DNA from: Macrostomum lignano
Taxonomy: Eukaryota
NCBI GenBank assembly: GCA_002269645.1
Contig: NIVC01001160.1
Location: 1-64,000 of the forward strand
Reading direction: 5' to 3'
DNA length: 64,000 nt
A program made the translations under genes and the position numbers. Every line of letters begins with the position of its first letter. Position 1 is the first letter of the stretch. The notes under the pieces are model-generated. The model did not search any database. It was not told the origin of the DNA and saw only the letters and a list, made by a program, of their open reading frames with translations. This document shows positions 23,513-36,555 of this stretch, one piece after another.

Positions 23513-26215
23513 TCAAAACAGCGAGGCCGGCAGCAGAACTCCCAGAACGCCAAACTGCACAATTAACCTGACTACGTTGCCAGCTTGCGAGCCGGTCAAG
23601 CCTTGAATTAGGATGCCAGATAGATAGTTCGTGCAGGGGACAAATATTGAGCAGCCTAGGTATGACCAGAAGCCAAACAGGTTGCATGGCAGTGCAATAA
23701 AAACCAGCACGGCGTTCACAATGAATAATAGTGGGACCCTCTGCAGCATTGCTTTGCCCCTTTCCGTGGCCAAGAATCCTTTCAGAGCATTCTGATGGAC
23801 CGCGTTGCAAGCAGTCACGTAGATGACATTCCACACGGACAGCCGTAGCAGCAGAGGCAGTGCGATGCAGCACGCAGTCTTCACTATTAGATCGGGCTCC
23901 GGAAGGTGCTCTCGAGACTGCTGAAGATCCGGCGTGTGCCAGACTGTCAGGTAGAGCAGCACTGCGAACGAATAGACCAGCTGACCCAGGCTGATCTCCG
24001 ACACCTCGCACAGGTAAGGGGCGTGGCCTGCGCAGAAGAATAACAAGCTAAACGAAGCGAACTTGTTGCCATCATGCTGATGATTTAAAGAGGCCATTAG
24101 TGAGAAACCCAGAATGATGCACAGAGCGTAGACGTAAGCCTGCAAGTGAATTGGCGAAAGAATGATGTTTCGACATTGTTTTTTATACTCTAAAAGCTGA
24201 CCCTTGACACTAAAGCTTCAAACTAATGAGACAAAGCATCAGTTTTGCATGCTGGAAAAAAGGAAATTTGAGCCCGGAAAGTGAATGTCAATGCGACGGG
24301 GGGGGGGGGGCAAGTAGGAATACCAAGCCATTTTTCCGCCCGTCTAGCTACCAAGAGGGGGGAATCCCCCCTGACACTTTTGTTGCACCGTATTGGAGCA
24401 ACGCTAGCACATAAAATTCAAGAACACGGGCCAAATTTTTGTTGCGCACCTTTTCAAACAAGAATCAAGTCGCCAGCCCTTCGGACCGTCGAGATATTCG
24501 ACGATTCTGCCAGAAGGTCGGATTTTTCCCATAAGCGCTAGTGTATTCAGTACACCCCTGTGCGCCAATCAGCACTGCACCTCAGTGCAGCCTGGCCAGG
24601 TCTCCAAATTTCAACAGCACGTCGATCACATGTGTCTGCATCAGCTGTGACTTCTTTGGTCACTAGCCTTCACCCAGGCGGAGCTTCTGGACCTTCAACA
24701 GGTGGCACCAGGTGACTATGGACACCCTGATGCGAATTTCTCTAGTTTCGCCGATCAAGCCTCTACAGTGAGCAAGCCTCGACTGTTGGACATCCTCAGC
24801 TAGTCTCTCAAGCATTCCATCATCACCCCGACGCCGTCGGCTCCTTCAACAGATGACACCAAGTGACTATGGACACCCTGATGCGAATTTCTCTAGTTTC
24901 GCCGATCAAGCCTCGACAGTGGGCAAGCCTCGACTGTTGGTTTCGGTCTTGTCAAGGACAATGGATAAATAATCAGCGGTCCCAGTGCGTGACAACGATT
25001 GTCTGGCGAGCGCCGGTAGGTAGGCGCGAGCTATAGACAAATCGTTGTCACGTGCTGCGACCGCTGATTCTTTACATTGTTTTTCTGGTTGACGATCCTA
25101 CAGACAATGCATTGTTTGTAGTAATGAATTGTTCTGCATTAAAAATGTGAATAATGATTGTCAAATTGCTAAACAATGCAGTTGTTTTCGATGTTGTAAA
25201 ATTTTGGTCTTATGAAATAAGTCAGTCTGTACCTCTGGACAAAACCAACCGCAATCGAGTCCTACGAGGTACTCCGCGAGACCAGTCAACCAGAGATGTC
25301 CCACTTCCTCCAGCGGGTGCTTAGGCATCCACGAAATCGACAGTTACCATTCTAGTTAGATCTTAAGGTGGCCCGAAATCCCACATAATCATCTACGTTA
25401 TCCCCCGGGATCACAGGAACGGGACCAAAATGGGGGGGGGGTGTTCCGAATTTCTATTCGATTGATCCAACTCGATCATTATCCGACCTTCGGGCTCCAA
25501 TCCGATGCTTAAGCTATCACCGGCTCGAAATGTTAACTTTATATCACACCTGCAGCAGAGTGTACACGGTGAACTGCAGCACAGGATAAACGACCACAAG
25601 CAGCAGAGCAGTCCCTGTAGTCATCAGCTTCTCCGGTGTCCAGTCGGTAGATCGCAGCTCCGGCAGCTGATTGTACCATCGCACCAGCAGGAAGCCGCAG
25701 AAGAAACTGTAGACAGTCGCCAGCAGGCCGATGTGCTGTACAGGCAGCAGAATGAGGTAAAACGCCGAAGCATAGAAAATGTAGGGCGTAAACTCGCACG
25801 CTCCATCCGTGTACCAGAAGATGGCGCCACTGAGTATGATGTGCAGCGCCAGGCTGTAGCTTGGCGCCATCCACAGCACCACCAGCAAGACAAAGCCGAT
25901 TACCAGCGGCTCAGCTAGCGAGCTGAACAACCGTCTCAACGGTGCCAGCGTCTCAACGTCGTGCATGACCTCCGCGGCACCGACAGCATTTTGCCTAGCG
26001 ACCGAGTACCGGGAAAACGTCAGCCGATCCAGCGGGCACCGAGCTTCGCGTCGATTCTGCCGACACAGTCCCTCGAGACAGGCCCGGCAGAAGCGGTGCT
26101 GACAGGGCGACGGTCGGGCCAGCTCGGCCGCCGATGCTAGACTTTCTAAGCAGATGACGCACTTGGAGCCTGCGTCTGCCGAATCCGCAGTTGAGGACTG
26201 TCTGATGACTTCCAT
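23513..26215 (-). CDS. RING-HC (C3HC4) finger protein with multiple TM segments; predicted exons 26215-25550 and 24139-23513 (430 aa)
   Basis: CVICLESL..CQHRFCRAC..CPLD RING motif; ATG in a GCCACCATGG context at 26215; hydrophobic stretches in both ORFs. The donor CAG|GTGTGA (25549) and acceptor TTGCAG|GCT (24140) are both phase 0 and join YTLLQ|AYVYALC. The RING ORF is secure; the join is inferred, and the two ORFs could be separate genes. Confidence 0.7.
24692..24940. repeat. Two-copy tandem duplication, period about 151 bp
   Basis: CCTTCAACAG..GTGACTATGGACACCCTGATGCGAATTTCTCTAGTTTCGCCGATCAAGCCTC..GCAAGCCTCGACTGTTGG occurs twice. Confidence 0.9.
24971..25069. mobile_element. Hairpin MITE-like element of about 100 bp
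   Basis: AATCAGCGGTC..CGTGACAACGATT.GTCT pairs with AGACAAATCGTTGTCACG..GACCGCTGATT. Confidence 0.7.
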
Positions 26216-26854
26216 GGTGGCAGATTTCACCCGACCGCTACAGCAACTGGTCTGTTGTCTGCTGCATATCTACAGTACGAGTGGCTTTGTCACGACTAAT
26301 AATAGCTGGAGAATTGTACAGCCTCGACAAAAACATATGGACAGTGAGATCAATGTACCTTATTTAACTACCCATGCACTCTGGACGGGTGGTTCTTTCT
26401 CTTATTCACCCCAGCCCCAGCCAACACTCTTTAGTGCATGCACTGCAGCTGGAAACAGATAATAAACTGCACATATGCAGTTCTGTTTAGCGGTGTACCT
26501 CAAGCGTTCACTCCAGCGTACGCTCTTCACCAAATTCTTAGCCAAATGTGCATTGAGCAATCAAGTACATAGTCTGCGAGTTATGAGCATTCGTTCCTTT
26601 AAATTCAATTTTTTCTGTGTTGCAGTTGTTACAAGGCCTGTTCACGTTATCACCAGTAGCTAAGCGGGCCAAAAACTGCTCAAATCGGGGAACCATCAAC
26701 CATGCAGCTGTACATTGATTTGTGCGTTTTCGAGTTCGATATAGTTCGATAAAGTTCGATTCAGTATTTAGTGGGCGAATCAAGACGTTGTAACAATATT
26801 CCTCCGAGGTTTAAAGCTCTACCTCTAGATATGTGTACCCTCGTCGTAGTCTAT

Positions 26855-27965
26855 AGAGTAGAAAGATGATCTGTATAGCAGCAAGATGGTCTGTAGAGCA
26901 GCAAGATGATCTGTAGAGCAGCAAGATGATCTGTAGAGCAGCAAGATGATCTGTAGAGCAGCAAGATGATCTGTATAGCAGCAAGATGGTCTGTAGAGCA
27001 GCAAGATGATCTGTAGAGCAGCAAGATGATCTGTAGAGCAGCAAGATGATCTGTAGAGCAGCAAGATGATCTGTAGAGCAGCAAGATGGTCTGTAATGCA
27101 GCAAGATGGTCTGTAGAGCAGCAAGATGGTCTGTAATGCAGCAAGATGGTCTGTAGAGCAGCAAGATGGTCTGTAATGCAGCAAGATGGTCTGTAGAGCA
27201 GCAAGATGGTCTGTAGAGCAGCAAGATGGTCTGTAGAGCAGCAAGATGATCTGTAATGCAGCAAGATGGTCTGTAGAGCAGCAAGATGATCTGTAGAGCA
27301 GCAAGATCGTCTGTAGAGTAGAAAGATCGTCTGTAGAGCAGCAAGGTGGTCTGTAGAGCAACAAGATGGTCTGTAGAGCAGCAAGATGATCTGTAGAGTA
27401 GAAAGATCGTCTGTAGAGCAACAAGATGGTCTGTAGAGTAGAAAGATCGTCTGTAGAGCAACAAGATGGTCTGTAGAGCAGCAAGATTGTCTGTAGAGCA
27501 ACAAGATGATCTGTAATGCAGCAAGATGGTCTGTAGAGCAGCAAGATGATCTGTAGAGCAGCAAGATCGTCTGTAGAGCAGCAAGATTGTCTGTAGAGCA
27601 ACAAGATGGTCTGTAGAGTAGAAAGATCGTCTGTAGAGCAGCAAGGTGGTCTGTAGAGCAACAAGATGGTCTGTAGAGCAGCAAGATCGTCTGTAGAGCA
27701 GAAAGATCGTCTGTAGAGCAACAAGATGGTCTGTAGAGCAACAAGATGGTCTGTAGAGCAGCAAGATGGTCTGTAGAGTAGAAAGATCGTCTGTAGAGCA
27801 ACAAGATGGTCTGTAGAGTAGAAAGATCGTCTGTAGAGCAACAAGATGGTCTGTAGAGCAGCAAGATTGTCTGTAGAGCAACAAGATGGTCTGTAGAGTA
27901 GAAAGATCGTCTGTAGAGCAGAAAGGTGGTCTGTAGAGCAGAAAGATCGTCTGTAGAGCAGCAAG
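26855..27965. repeat. 20-bp minisatellite (GCAAGATGGTCTGTAGAGCA), about 55 units, intergenic
   Basis: Directly visible; explains the three 337-399 aa minus-strand ORFs. Confidence 0.97.
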
Positions 27966-28476
27966 GTGGGAGGAAGAAAGTTCCCGCATGAATTTTATGG
28001 CCAAATTCAAATTAAATCATTTTTCAGCTCAATCCTCGACTCAAAGCAAATATTCGTCACATTTTTAGTAAAAATGAATTCAAAGTCGCTCAAAAGTCGC
28101 TTTTTTGGATACGAAAATATATTGCCCAGCAACGGCGTTCCAGTTTAGTCGGGTCAGCTGTGTTATCTTAAACGAAAATAACTAGTACGGAAAGCATTAA
28201 CGAGACTAAAATCTGATCTCACTGGTTTGCTGGAATTATCTGCCGTTTTGGTCTGACTAAAAGGAACAGCGAGCCAGCAGTTTGCAGTGATTTTATTCTG
28301 TCTGGCCAAGGCAAGGGTCAAGAGCTGTCAGTGCAGGAGAGCTGCTCTGGAAAGGCAGCGAAAGTTGGAATGGAGAGTTACAAAATTAAAAAAATGCGCA
28401 CAGGAAAGTACTTTGGCTGTTCTTTCAGATGCTTTTCACCAAGCAGTTGGTTCGTTCCGCATGCTCAGCGAGCTGC

Positions 28477-29501
28477 TCATTGGCTGAGCAGGTTCAGCGT
28501 CTGCAGCATGACTTCGGTCTCCGCGGCGAGCCGTTTCGGCAGGCTAGACAGCGGCGGGATGGCGTTGAACACCTCGACGGGGTCCATAGCGGCCGCGTCG
28601 GTGTCGGCCGCCGCCGAGGACAGCCGCAGCCAGAGCGCGAAGTGCACCTCTGGCTTGAAGCCGAAGCTGGCCAGTCGGCGCTTCAGCGACTCCCACGCCT
28701 CCGGCGGGGCGTCGCGAAACGCGGAGCGCATCAGGCGCAGGGCGCAGTGGGCCAGCGGCCCCACCCAATCAGGCGGCGGCGGCGACAGCAGCGACTGTTC
28801 GGCGCTGTCCACGGCTGACACCGTCGAGTTCGTCGACGACAGCGACAGTGCGGTTGCGAGGCCGTTGTAGCAGCTGTTGTTGTTGCTGCCCTGCCGCATG
28901 AACAGCTGGCGGAACTCGGCCTTGTGGTAGCGGAAGGCGCAGAACGCCGATACGACGCGGCCGTCGTCGATCAGCGGAGGCGGCAGCACCACCGGAGCTT
29001 CGTCAGCTGGCTCCGGAGACACCTGGGACGGGGCCGACTCGACCTCGGCCGCCATCTCGTCAGCAGATTCGTGCGAAGACTCTTTGGACTTGGACGTTGT
29101 GGACTTCTGCTGCTCCTGATCGCTGGTGGTTGTGTGCATGCCGGTGCCCAGCAGCGGCACTGGCGTCGAATCGTCCTCAGTCGGGTGTTGCGTCGCCGGC
29201 TCCTGCTGCTCGCCCGGGCTGGAGGCTCGATCCACCTCGTTGGAGATTCCCGAGGAGTGGCCGACGAGGAAGGAGAGCCGCCGACCCGCTGCTCCTCCGT
29301 CATGTAGTCATCGATGTGGCTCTGCAGGACCTTCACTTCATCGGCGAAGCGGCTGACATCGTCGCGAGCGTGAGCGAATTCGTCCGCTGCCTCGGCGTCG
29401 TACAGCAGGCCAAGCAGTTTGCGCAGAAAGTCTTTGTAGGACTCGACAAAGACTTCGCGCGCCTCGAGGTAAGCCTGCTTAGATTCTTCGTTAATAGACA
29501 T
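28477..29501 (-). CDS. Intronless hypothetical protein, about 341 aa once one frameshift near 29247 is repaired
   Basis: CAAAATG start at 29501 (MSINEESKQAYLEAREVF). GC-rich coding-like sequence in two overlapping ORFs. The span is 1025 nt; adding one A to the GGGAATCTCC run gives PREISNEVD and a single 342-codon frame. Confidence 0.7.
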
Positions 29502-30997
29502 TTTGTTACGGAAGTTGTTAGTTAGCTGGAGCACCACGCGTGAATAGCTACTTCCGTTTGCCGCTTACTTTCAAACTTGCTGCGAACTGCAAGTGGCCTA
29601 AAAAGTTCAAATTCTTGCTCTGGGCAAAATGATTTTCACTGTACTTGCTACGGTAGGAAGCTGGGGGGCAAGGCAAGCAAAGCATTGAGTGTCTGGAAGC
29701 GTTGTTTCTTAGTGAAAATTAGACTTTCGCCATAGACTAAAGTTAAGTGTTGTTCACACCGGGTTATAGTGCTGCCAATTAGTCTGAAATGCAAAGCGTA
29801 TGCTTGTATTTAGACAATCTTATAAAGTGCACATGCATTGGATAGATATAATTATCGGTTTGGCAACTTCGATCTGATTATTACAGTGTGGATACATGTA
29901 CAGAACGTGCAATCAGCTCAAATTTAATGAAACTTCAAAGGTATTTACGAGCGTATATGCACACCAAGTGTGCCTGTACTTTTTTGCTCAAGTATTCATG
30001 TAGCTCAGCCTGAGCACTTTCTCCGAAACCCTCATGAGAACTTTTTCGTTCTCACTTTATTGTACACCAGTTGTAGGATTGAATGAATATGTATCAAACT
30101 TATTTACTCGTACATGTATATCGATGTGACTTGTTCGCATTCTTGAATTTACTTATTGATCAAAACGATCGAATTAAGTGGGCATGCGAAAGCATTCAAG
30201 GCTTCCATTAAATTCATGTAGCAGGATTTGCCACGTTAGAGCTATCATGCGTAGCAAGACTGATTTTTAACTTTAAAACACTAGACAGAGTCGGGGCTAA
30301 AACTGCAAATCGATTTCAACTACATGTATAGTTTCACGTTTAAGAGACTGCAGCAGGCTATCATCAGCTACGCGCTAATTCCCTTGTAGATAATTATATA
30401 TATGTGTATTTTTATAATATTATAATACTGTACTATATGATATACATGTACTACGTGCGTGGTGTACTTATCGAAACATTGTTACGACGCCCGATATTTT
30501 ATACTGACATCTGTAGTATTTTAATTTGGGTTTAATTGGAGTACTCGACAAAGCTCAACAGACGATAAACTTACTTCATAAAAGAGAGAATTTTTACTTT
30601 TCTACTCGTAGTTACTTAATGATTCGTACTTGATATCTTAAAAAATAGTTTTGATAGTGTTTCTTCTTTAGTGGACCATAACTTTATTAACAGTACTGCT
30701 CGTACAGTTTTAGCTTATTTTATAACAGTAAAACAAGATAAAAAAGAACAAAACATAATGTGGGCGATAAAGATCTTCTTAAAATCTTTCATCCTCTTTC
30801 TTTAAATAAAAGTTTCAGTTAATTTGTTTTTAACTGCGTGATATTCGATAATTTACTTCTTTTGATTTCATCGCAGTGCAATAAATAAGTTAAAGTGGCC
30901 GTCGCTGAGCGCGGACCTGAGACTGCAAGTCTATTCCTTCTATTAAAATAAAGCATTTATTAAAAAAAAGAAATAAAAAGAAAACACAACTACGAAA

Positions 30998-33900
30998 ATG
31001 GGAAACATTCATACTGTTGGACCAAATGAAGCACTAGTAATTTCAGGTAAGCAATATCAAACCTTTCTTTTTGATTGACTGATTTCATTCCATGTATTTT
31101 AGAGCGGTAAAAATTTGATGATTAGGAAGTAACTGAAGCCTAATAATGAGTATTTGTTAAATGAAGAATTTAGTACATATTGCTAAATATGTTCGGGTCT
31201 TAATAATTAAGTTAATTAATCGTGTTTTTGACATTTTCAAGTAATTTGGAGTTTATAGTATCATTTATGCTGTCTAATTTTTTATAAAGGATTCGTTTAT
31301 TTATTTATTAGTTTAAAATATGTGTGAATGGTTTAAAGCATAAGCAGATTAGTAGTCTACTATTGGAAAGCATTTTTGAAGTGTATATGACAATTTTGAA
31401 GAGCTATTTAGTATTTTGGTAGCTACAAGTGTAATTCTGCCTTAAAGACGAATAAAACTTATTCAAAAATATTGTATTTAAGAATACACTTTCATTGTTG
31501 GTTCATTATTTCATACTTGACTTTCAATATATACTATCTACATGAATTTGCTAGTCAAATACACTTTACATGAAATATTTTGCACTTTTTGCCTTTATCA
31601 ACTATGATATCAAAATTAAAACTTTGTGTAGAAAAACACAAAACTACTAAAATGATGTCACTCATAGTTTTATCTCATGCATATACGAAATTTAAACTTT
31701 GTTCTGAGCAGATCTCCTTTGTTTAAAACCGATTATTATTAAGTCCTTGATATTTCAACAAACTGAGGGAAATATTCTTTATGATATGGTGGACTGTACT
31801 GAGCCTATATACTCCTGCTATTATTATTAATAGTGTTACCAATAGTTGCTAATCTGTTAGAGATAGGAGCATTATTTGCGCAGGCGAATCGTCACCGCGT
31901 CCTTGGTCAAAATCTCCCTCTCCGTGACAGTTGAGACTCGGTGGTAGCGGGCAGGAGAGAGGCAGTGAGAGCTCAAGCCAAATGGGGTGCCATCGCACTT
32001 CAGCAACGGTTGCTGAGCCTTGAGCAGTGAGTGGGTGAGGAAAACTGGGGCAGAGAAAGACTGCGAGGTCTGGGATGAATTGCGAGGGAAGCGGGGTGCC
32101 TGGTGGGAGCGATCTTCTTTTGCAGCTCAGCGAAATGGGCAGAGTACACTGCTGTGCCTATTTTTAGCCAGCTCAGGCGACAGCATTCTGGAGTATCGAT
32201 TTTCCACATTCTTTCTCTTCTCTGCTGCCGCCGTCTTTCGGTGCCATGCGTTAAATGTATCTTGGCATAGCGGAGTACATCGTCTGCGGGCGGTGACTGC
32301 AGCTGCCTGCAGACAATATCTTCAAATAAATCTTTCCGTTCAGTAGCACGAATAAGGCTTCTTTAATGTGTTGAGTTTAAAAAAAACTTTGGAATCTGGA
32401 ATCTTGGGATTCTGACGCCTAGTGAAAACCCAGTTGCCAATGCATTTTGCCCATGGTTAAACCCATGATTTCAATTAGCACCTTCGGAAAGAAGCATTCA
32501 GACATTGCCCCCGTCTCTGTTCATCCGCATGGAGCGAAGAGCAGGCCTTAGCCCCTCTCATTACTTCTCTGTTTGCTAAGCTTTGCTGTGCCGAAGGGTA
32601 GCAATGCTTACTTCCCCCTGCTCTCAAAGCATTTGCGTCCACACAATCAGAGCAAGAGTTTGCTGTGTGTGTGTGTGTGTGTGTGTGCTCACGTAGGGCT
32701 TTAATAGATTAACTGCAGTCGGATTGCCATGACAACCGGTTTGCATACCGGACTAGCTGGGCTGTGAGCGGGTGAATAATAAAACCCTCTATTGACTTTG
32801 TCTATTTATAGCTAGCTTAATTCATCACAGGCTAATTTGTCGTTCCTTAGCAACGCATGTGTCTTTAAGTACCTAGAATTTGTTTAATCCGCCCCATATC
32901 TGCCTCATCACTCAGGTGGCTGCTGCGGCGATCAGTCCGTTCGTACCGTGATCGGCGGTTGGGGCTGGGCCTGGTGGTGGGTCACCGAAGTTCAAACGTG
33001 AGCTGACAGTAGTATCTGAAGCATATTTTATAGTGCTTCTATTGTATTATGGACTCTACTGTTGCAATCTACTTTTGCGCAGGCTGACGCTGGAAGTGAT
33101 GACGCTGACTCCAGTGTGCGAGAATGTGGAAACATCCGAGGGCGTGCCGGTCACGGTCACTGGTGAGGCAGCTGTCAACTGGGCTTGCCTGATGGTCTAA
33201 AATTAGGGGTCCATGGCTCTGACTATAGGTTCATGAAGCTTACTCGGAATCCACAACACTGTGTACAGGTCTTAAAGAGCATCACCACTAACTAGGGTTC
33301 TGCAATATTCATTAAGACTCCATGATACTGATTAGGGTTCCACGGTACTAATTAGGGATCCATGATACTGATTAGGGTTCCACGATACTAATTAGGGATC
33401 CATGATACTCCTTAGGGTTCCACGATACTAATTAGGGATCCATGATACTGATTAGGGTTCCACGATACTAATTAGGGATCCATGATACTGATTAGGGTTC
33501 CACGGTACTAATTAGGGATCCATGATACTGATTAGGGTTCCACGATACTAATTAGGGATCCATGATACTCCTTAGGGTTCCACGATACTAATTAGGGATC
33601 CATGATACTGATTAGGGTTCCACGGTACTAATTAGGGATCCATGATACTGATTAGGGTTCCACGATACTAATTAGGGATCCATGATACTCCTTAGGGTTC
33701 CACGATACTAATTAGGGATCCATGATACTGATTAGGGTTCCACGATACTAATTAGGGATCCATGATACTGATTAGGGCTCCACGATACTAATTAGGGATC
33801 CATGGTACTGATTAGGGTTCCACGATACTAATTAGGGATCCATGATACTGATTAGGGTTCCACGATACTAATTAGGATCCATATGATACTCCTTAGGGTT

Positions 33901-36082
33901 CCACGATACTTAGCGATCCGTGATTCCAATTTACCTTTATTACCTTAATGGTGTGGTTAACATCAGGTTAATGGCTTTTCAACAGCTTATGAGGAAAAGC
34001 ATTAAAGACTTTTGTCACCTTTAAAAAGCATATAGTACTCAACACTATACCCAATCTCCCGAAACCCCCAAAGGCGTGGCCCAGATCAAGGTGATGACGG
34101 ACAGCGAGCTGCTGCAGACTGCCTGCCAACAGTTTCTGGGCAAAAGTCGCCGAGAAATCGAGAACTCAATCCTGCAGACCATGGAGGGCCACCTGCGCGC
34201 CATCCTCGGCACCCTGTCGGTGGAGTCCATCTACAAGGATCGCGACCGCTTCGCCGATCTGGTTCGCGAGATGGCCGCTCCGGACGTTGGCCGGATGGGC
34301 ATCGAGATTCTGTCCTTCACCATCAAGGACGTCTACGACAAGGTCGAGTACCTTAACAGCCTCGGCCGGACCCAGGTGGCCAACGTCAAGCGTGACGCCG
34401 ACATCGGGGTGGCTCAGGCGGAGCGGGACGCCGGCATCAAGGAGGCCGAGTCCGAGCGGGCTCGCCTGGACGTGAAGTACGTCGCCGACTCGCAGATTGC
34501 TGACAGCGCCAGACAGTTCCAGATGCAGAAGGCCGCCTTTGACACCGAGGTTTGTGCCCACCAGGGTAAACGGAGTAACAGGGGGTCACTTGGACCGGGG
34601 TAACTGGGGGTCATTGGGACTAGGGTAACTGGAGATCATTGGGACTGGGGTAACTAGGGGTCATTGGGACCGAGGTGACTGGGGTCATTGGGACCGGGGT
34701 AACTGGAGATCATTGAGACCGGGGTAACTAAAGATCATTGGGACCAGGGTGACTAAAGATCATTGGGACCAGGGTAACTAAAGATCATTGGGACTCTAAT
34801 CTGTTTGGATAGGACTGACAATAAAAAAATCAGATTGGATAATTGGGACCGGGGTAACTGGGGATCATTGGGACTCTAATCTGTTTAGATAGGACTGACA
34901 AAAAAAAATCAGATTGGATAATTGGGACCGGGGTAACTGGGGATCATTGGGACCGGGGTAACTGGGGTCATTGTGGCCGGGCTCACGGCACCAGCACCGC
35001 CTTGGAACCGCAGGTGAACAAGGCCAAGGCGGAGTCCGAGCTGGCCTACAGCCTGCAGGGCGCCAAGGAGCGCCAGAAGATTCGCGCCGAGGAAATCGAA
35101 ATCGAGGTGCGCGAGAAGCGCAAGCTGATCGAAATCGAGGAGAAAGAAATTGTGCGCAACGAGAAGGAGCTGGACGGCAGCATCAGGCGGCCGGCTGAGG
35201 CCGAGGCCTTCAAGGTCAGGGAAATTCGTAGATTGATACACGAAAAGGTGGACATGTACATGCTCGATAGATCACACTAGATCACACTAGATCACACTAG
35301 ATCACACTAGATCACACTAGATCATACTAAATCACACTAGATCACACTAGATTACACTAGATCACACTAGATCACACTAGATCACACTAGATCACACTAG
35401 ATCACACTAGATCACACTAGATCACACTAGATTACACTAGATCACACTAGATCACACTAGATCACACTAGATCACACTAGATCACACTAGATCACACTAG
35501 ATCATACTAGATCACACTAGATCACACTAGATCATACTAGATCACACTAGATCACACTAGATCACACTAGATCACACTAGATCACACTAGATCACACTAG
35601 ATCACACTAGATCACACTAGATCACACTAGATCACACTAGATCATACTAGATCACACCGGATCGCACCAGACTGCCATTCGCCACTCCGCAGGTGCAAAC
35701 CGTGGCCGAAGGCGAACGCTTCCGCCGGGTCAAGGTGGCGCAGGCCGAGGCCGAGGCCATCCGCGCCCGCGGTGCCGCCGAAGCCGCCTCGATTGGCGCC
35801 GTCGGCCGCGCCCAAGCCGAGGAGATGCGGCTGAAGGCGGCGGCCTACCGAGCCTACGGCGACGCGGCCATCCTGGAGATGAGCCTGGAGGCTCTGCCGC
35901 GCGTGGCCGCCGAAGTGGCCGCCCCGCTGTCCAAGATTGACGAAATTGTGGTCCTTGGCGACGACCGCACCACCTCGGAGGTGTCCCGCCTGCTGAGCAA
36001 CCTGCCGCCGGCAGTGCAGGCCCTCACCGGAGTCGACTTGAGCGGCGCCGTAGGAAAACTGGCCGGCCTACAGACCGCGTAG
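30998..36082 (+). CDS. flot2: Flotillin-2 (reggie-1) homologue; exons 30998-31046, 32916-32997, 33083-33162, 34074-34549, 35014-35214, 35693-36082 (425 aa)
   Basis: MGNIHTVGPNEALVISG|GCCG..GGWGWAWWWV, LEVMTL, TLEGH-like TMEGHLRAILG, DVGRMGIEILSFTIKDV, C-terminal VAAEVAAPLSK. All junctions are GT-AG and phases are consistent (1278 nt). Confidence 0.95.
33285..33910. repeat. 40-bp (2 x 20) intronic minisatellite containing TTAGGG in each subunit
   Basis: CATGATACTGATTAGGGTTC and CACGATACTAATTAGGGATC alternate (flotillin intron 3). Confidence 0.95.
34575..34975. repeat. Intronic minisatellite of about 25 bp (GGGACCGGGGTAACTGGGGATCATT)
   Basis: Directly visible in flotillin intron 4, with a duplicated unique insert of about 50 bp. 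Confidence 0.9.
35268..35660. repeat. 10-bp intronic repeat (ATCACACTAG)n
   Basis: Directly visible in flotillin intron 5. Confidence 0.97.
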
Positions 36083-36239
36083 GTGCGGAGTTCGAATCCC
36101 GGCCTGGGGCGATAAGTTTCTTTGAGGATTTTTTCTCGACACGATTTTGTAATTTGAAGGATTAATGCCATCCTCAATGGTATTTAGCCTCTAACTGTCT
36201 CGACCTGCTGTGTTTCAACTCTCAACCGGATGATTTCTG

Positions 36240-36555
36240 CACCTCCAACGTTCGGGACTTCCAGCCCTCGGGGCCTCCAACCTTCGGGACCTCCAGCCTT
36301 CGGGACCTCCAGCCTTCGGGACCTCCAACCTTCGGGACCTCCAACCTTCGAGACCTCCAACCTTCGGGACCTCCAGCCTTCGGGACCTCCAACCTTCGGG
36401 ACCTCCAACCTTCGGGAACTCCAACCTTCGAGACCTCCAACCTTCGGGACCTCCAGCCTTCGGGACCTCCAACCTTCGGGACCTCCAACCTTCGGGACCT
36501 CCAACCTTCGGGACCTCCAACCTTCGGGACCTCCAACCTTCGGGACCTCCACCTT
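36240..36555. repeat. 16-bp minisatellite (ACCTTCGGGACCTCCA) downstream of the flotillin stop
   Basis: Directly visible; explains the 16-aa periodic ORFs. Confidence 0.95.

Noticed and set aside
26811-28010. Three overlapping Cys/Leu-rich minus-strand ORFs
   Set aside because: They are translations of a 20-bp minisatellite in all three frames.
29235-29260. Programmed -1 ribosomal frameshift in the orphan gene
   Set aside because: GGGAAT is not a full X XXY YYZ heptamer. One missing A in a short run restores the frame, matching the indel error pattern seen in the Helitron.
36083-36110. tRNA gene after the flotillin stop (GTTCGAATCCC)
   Set aside because: Only a B-box-like word is present; the T stem mismatches and there is no A box or cloverleaf.
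36240-36555. Array of C(UUCG)G tetraloop hairpins in the flotillin 3' region
   Set aside because: The stems are only 2 bp, and it is unknown whether the array is within the transcript.
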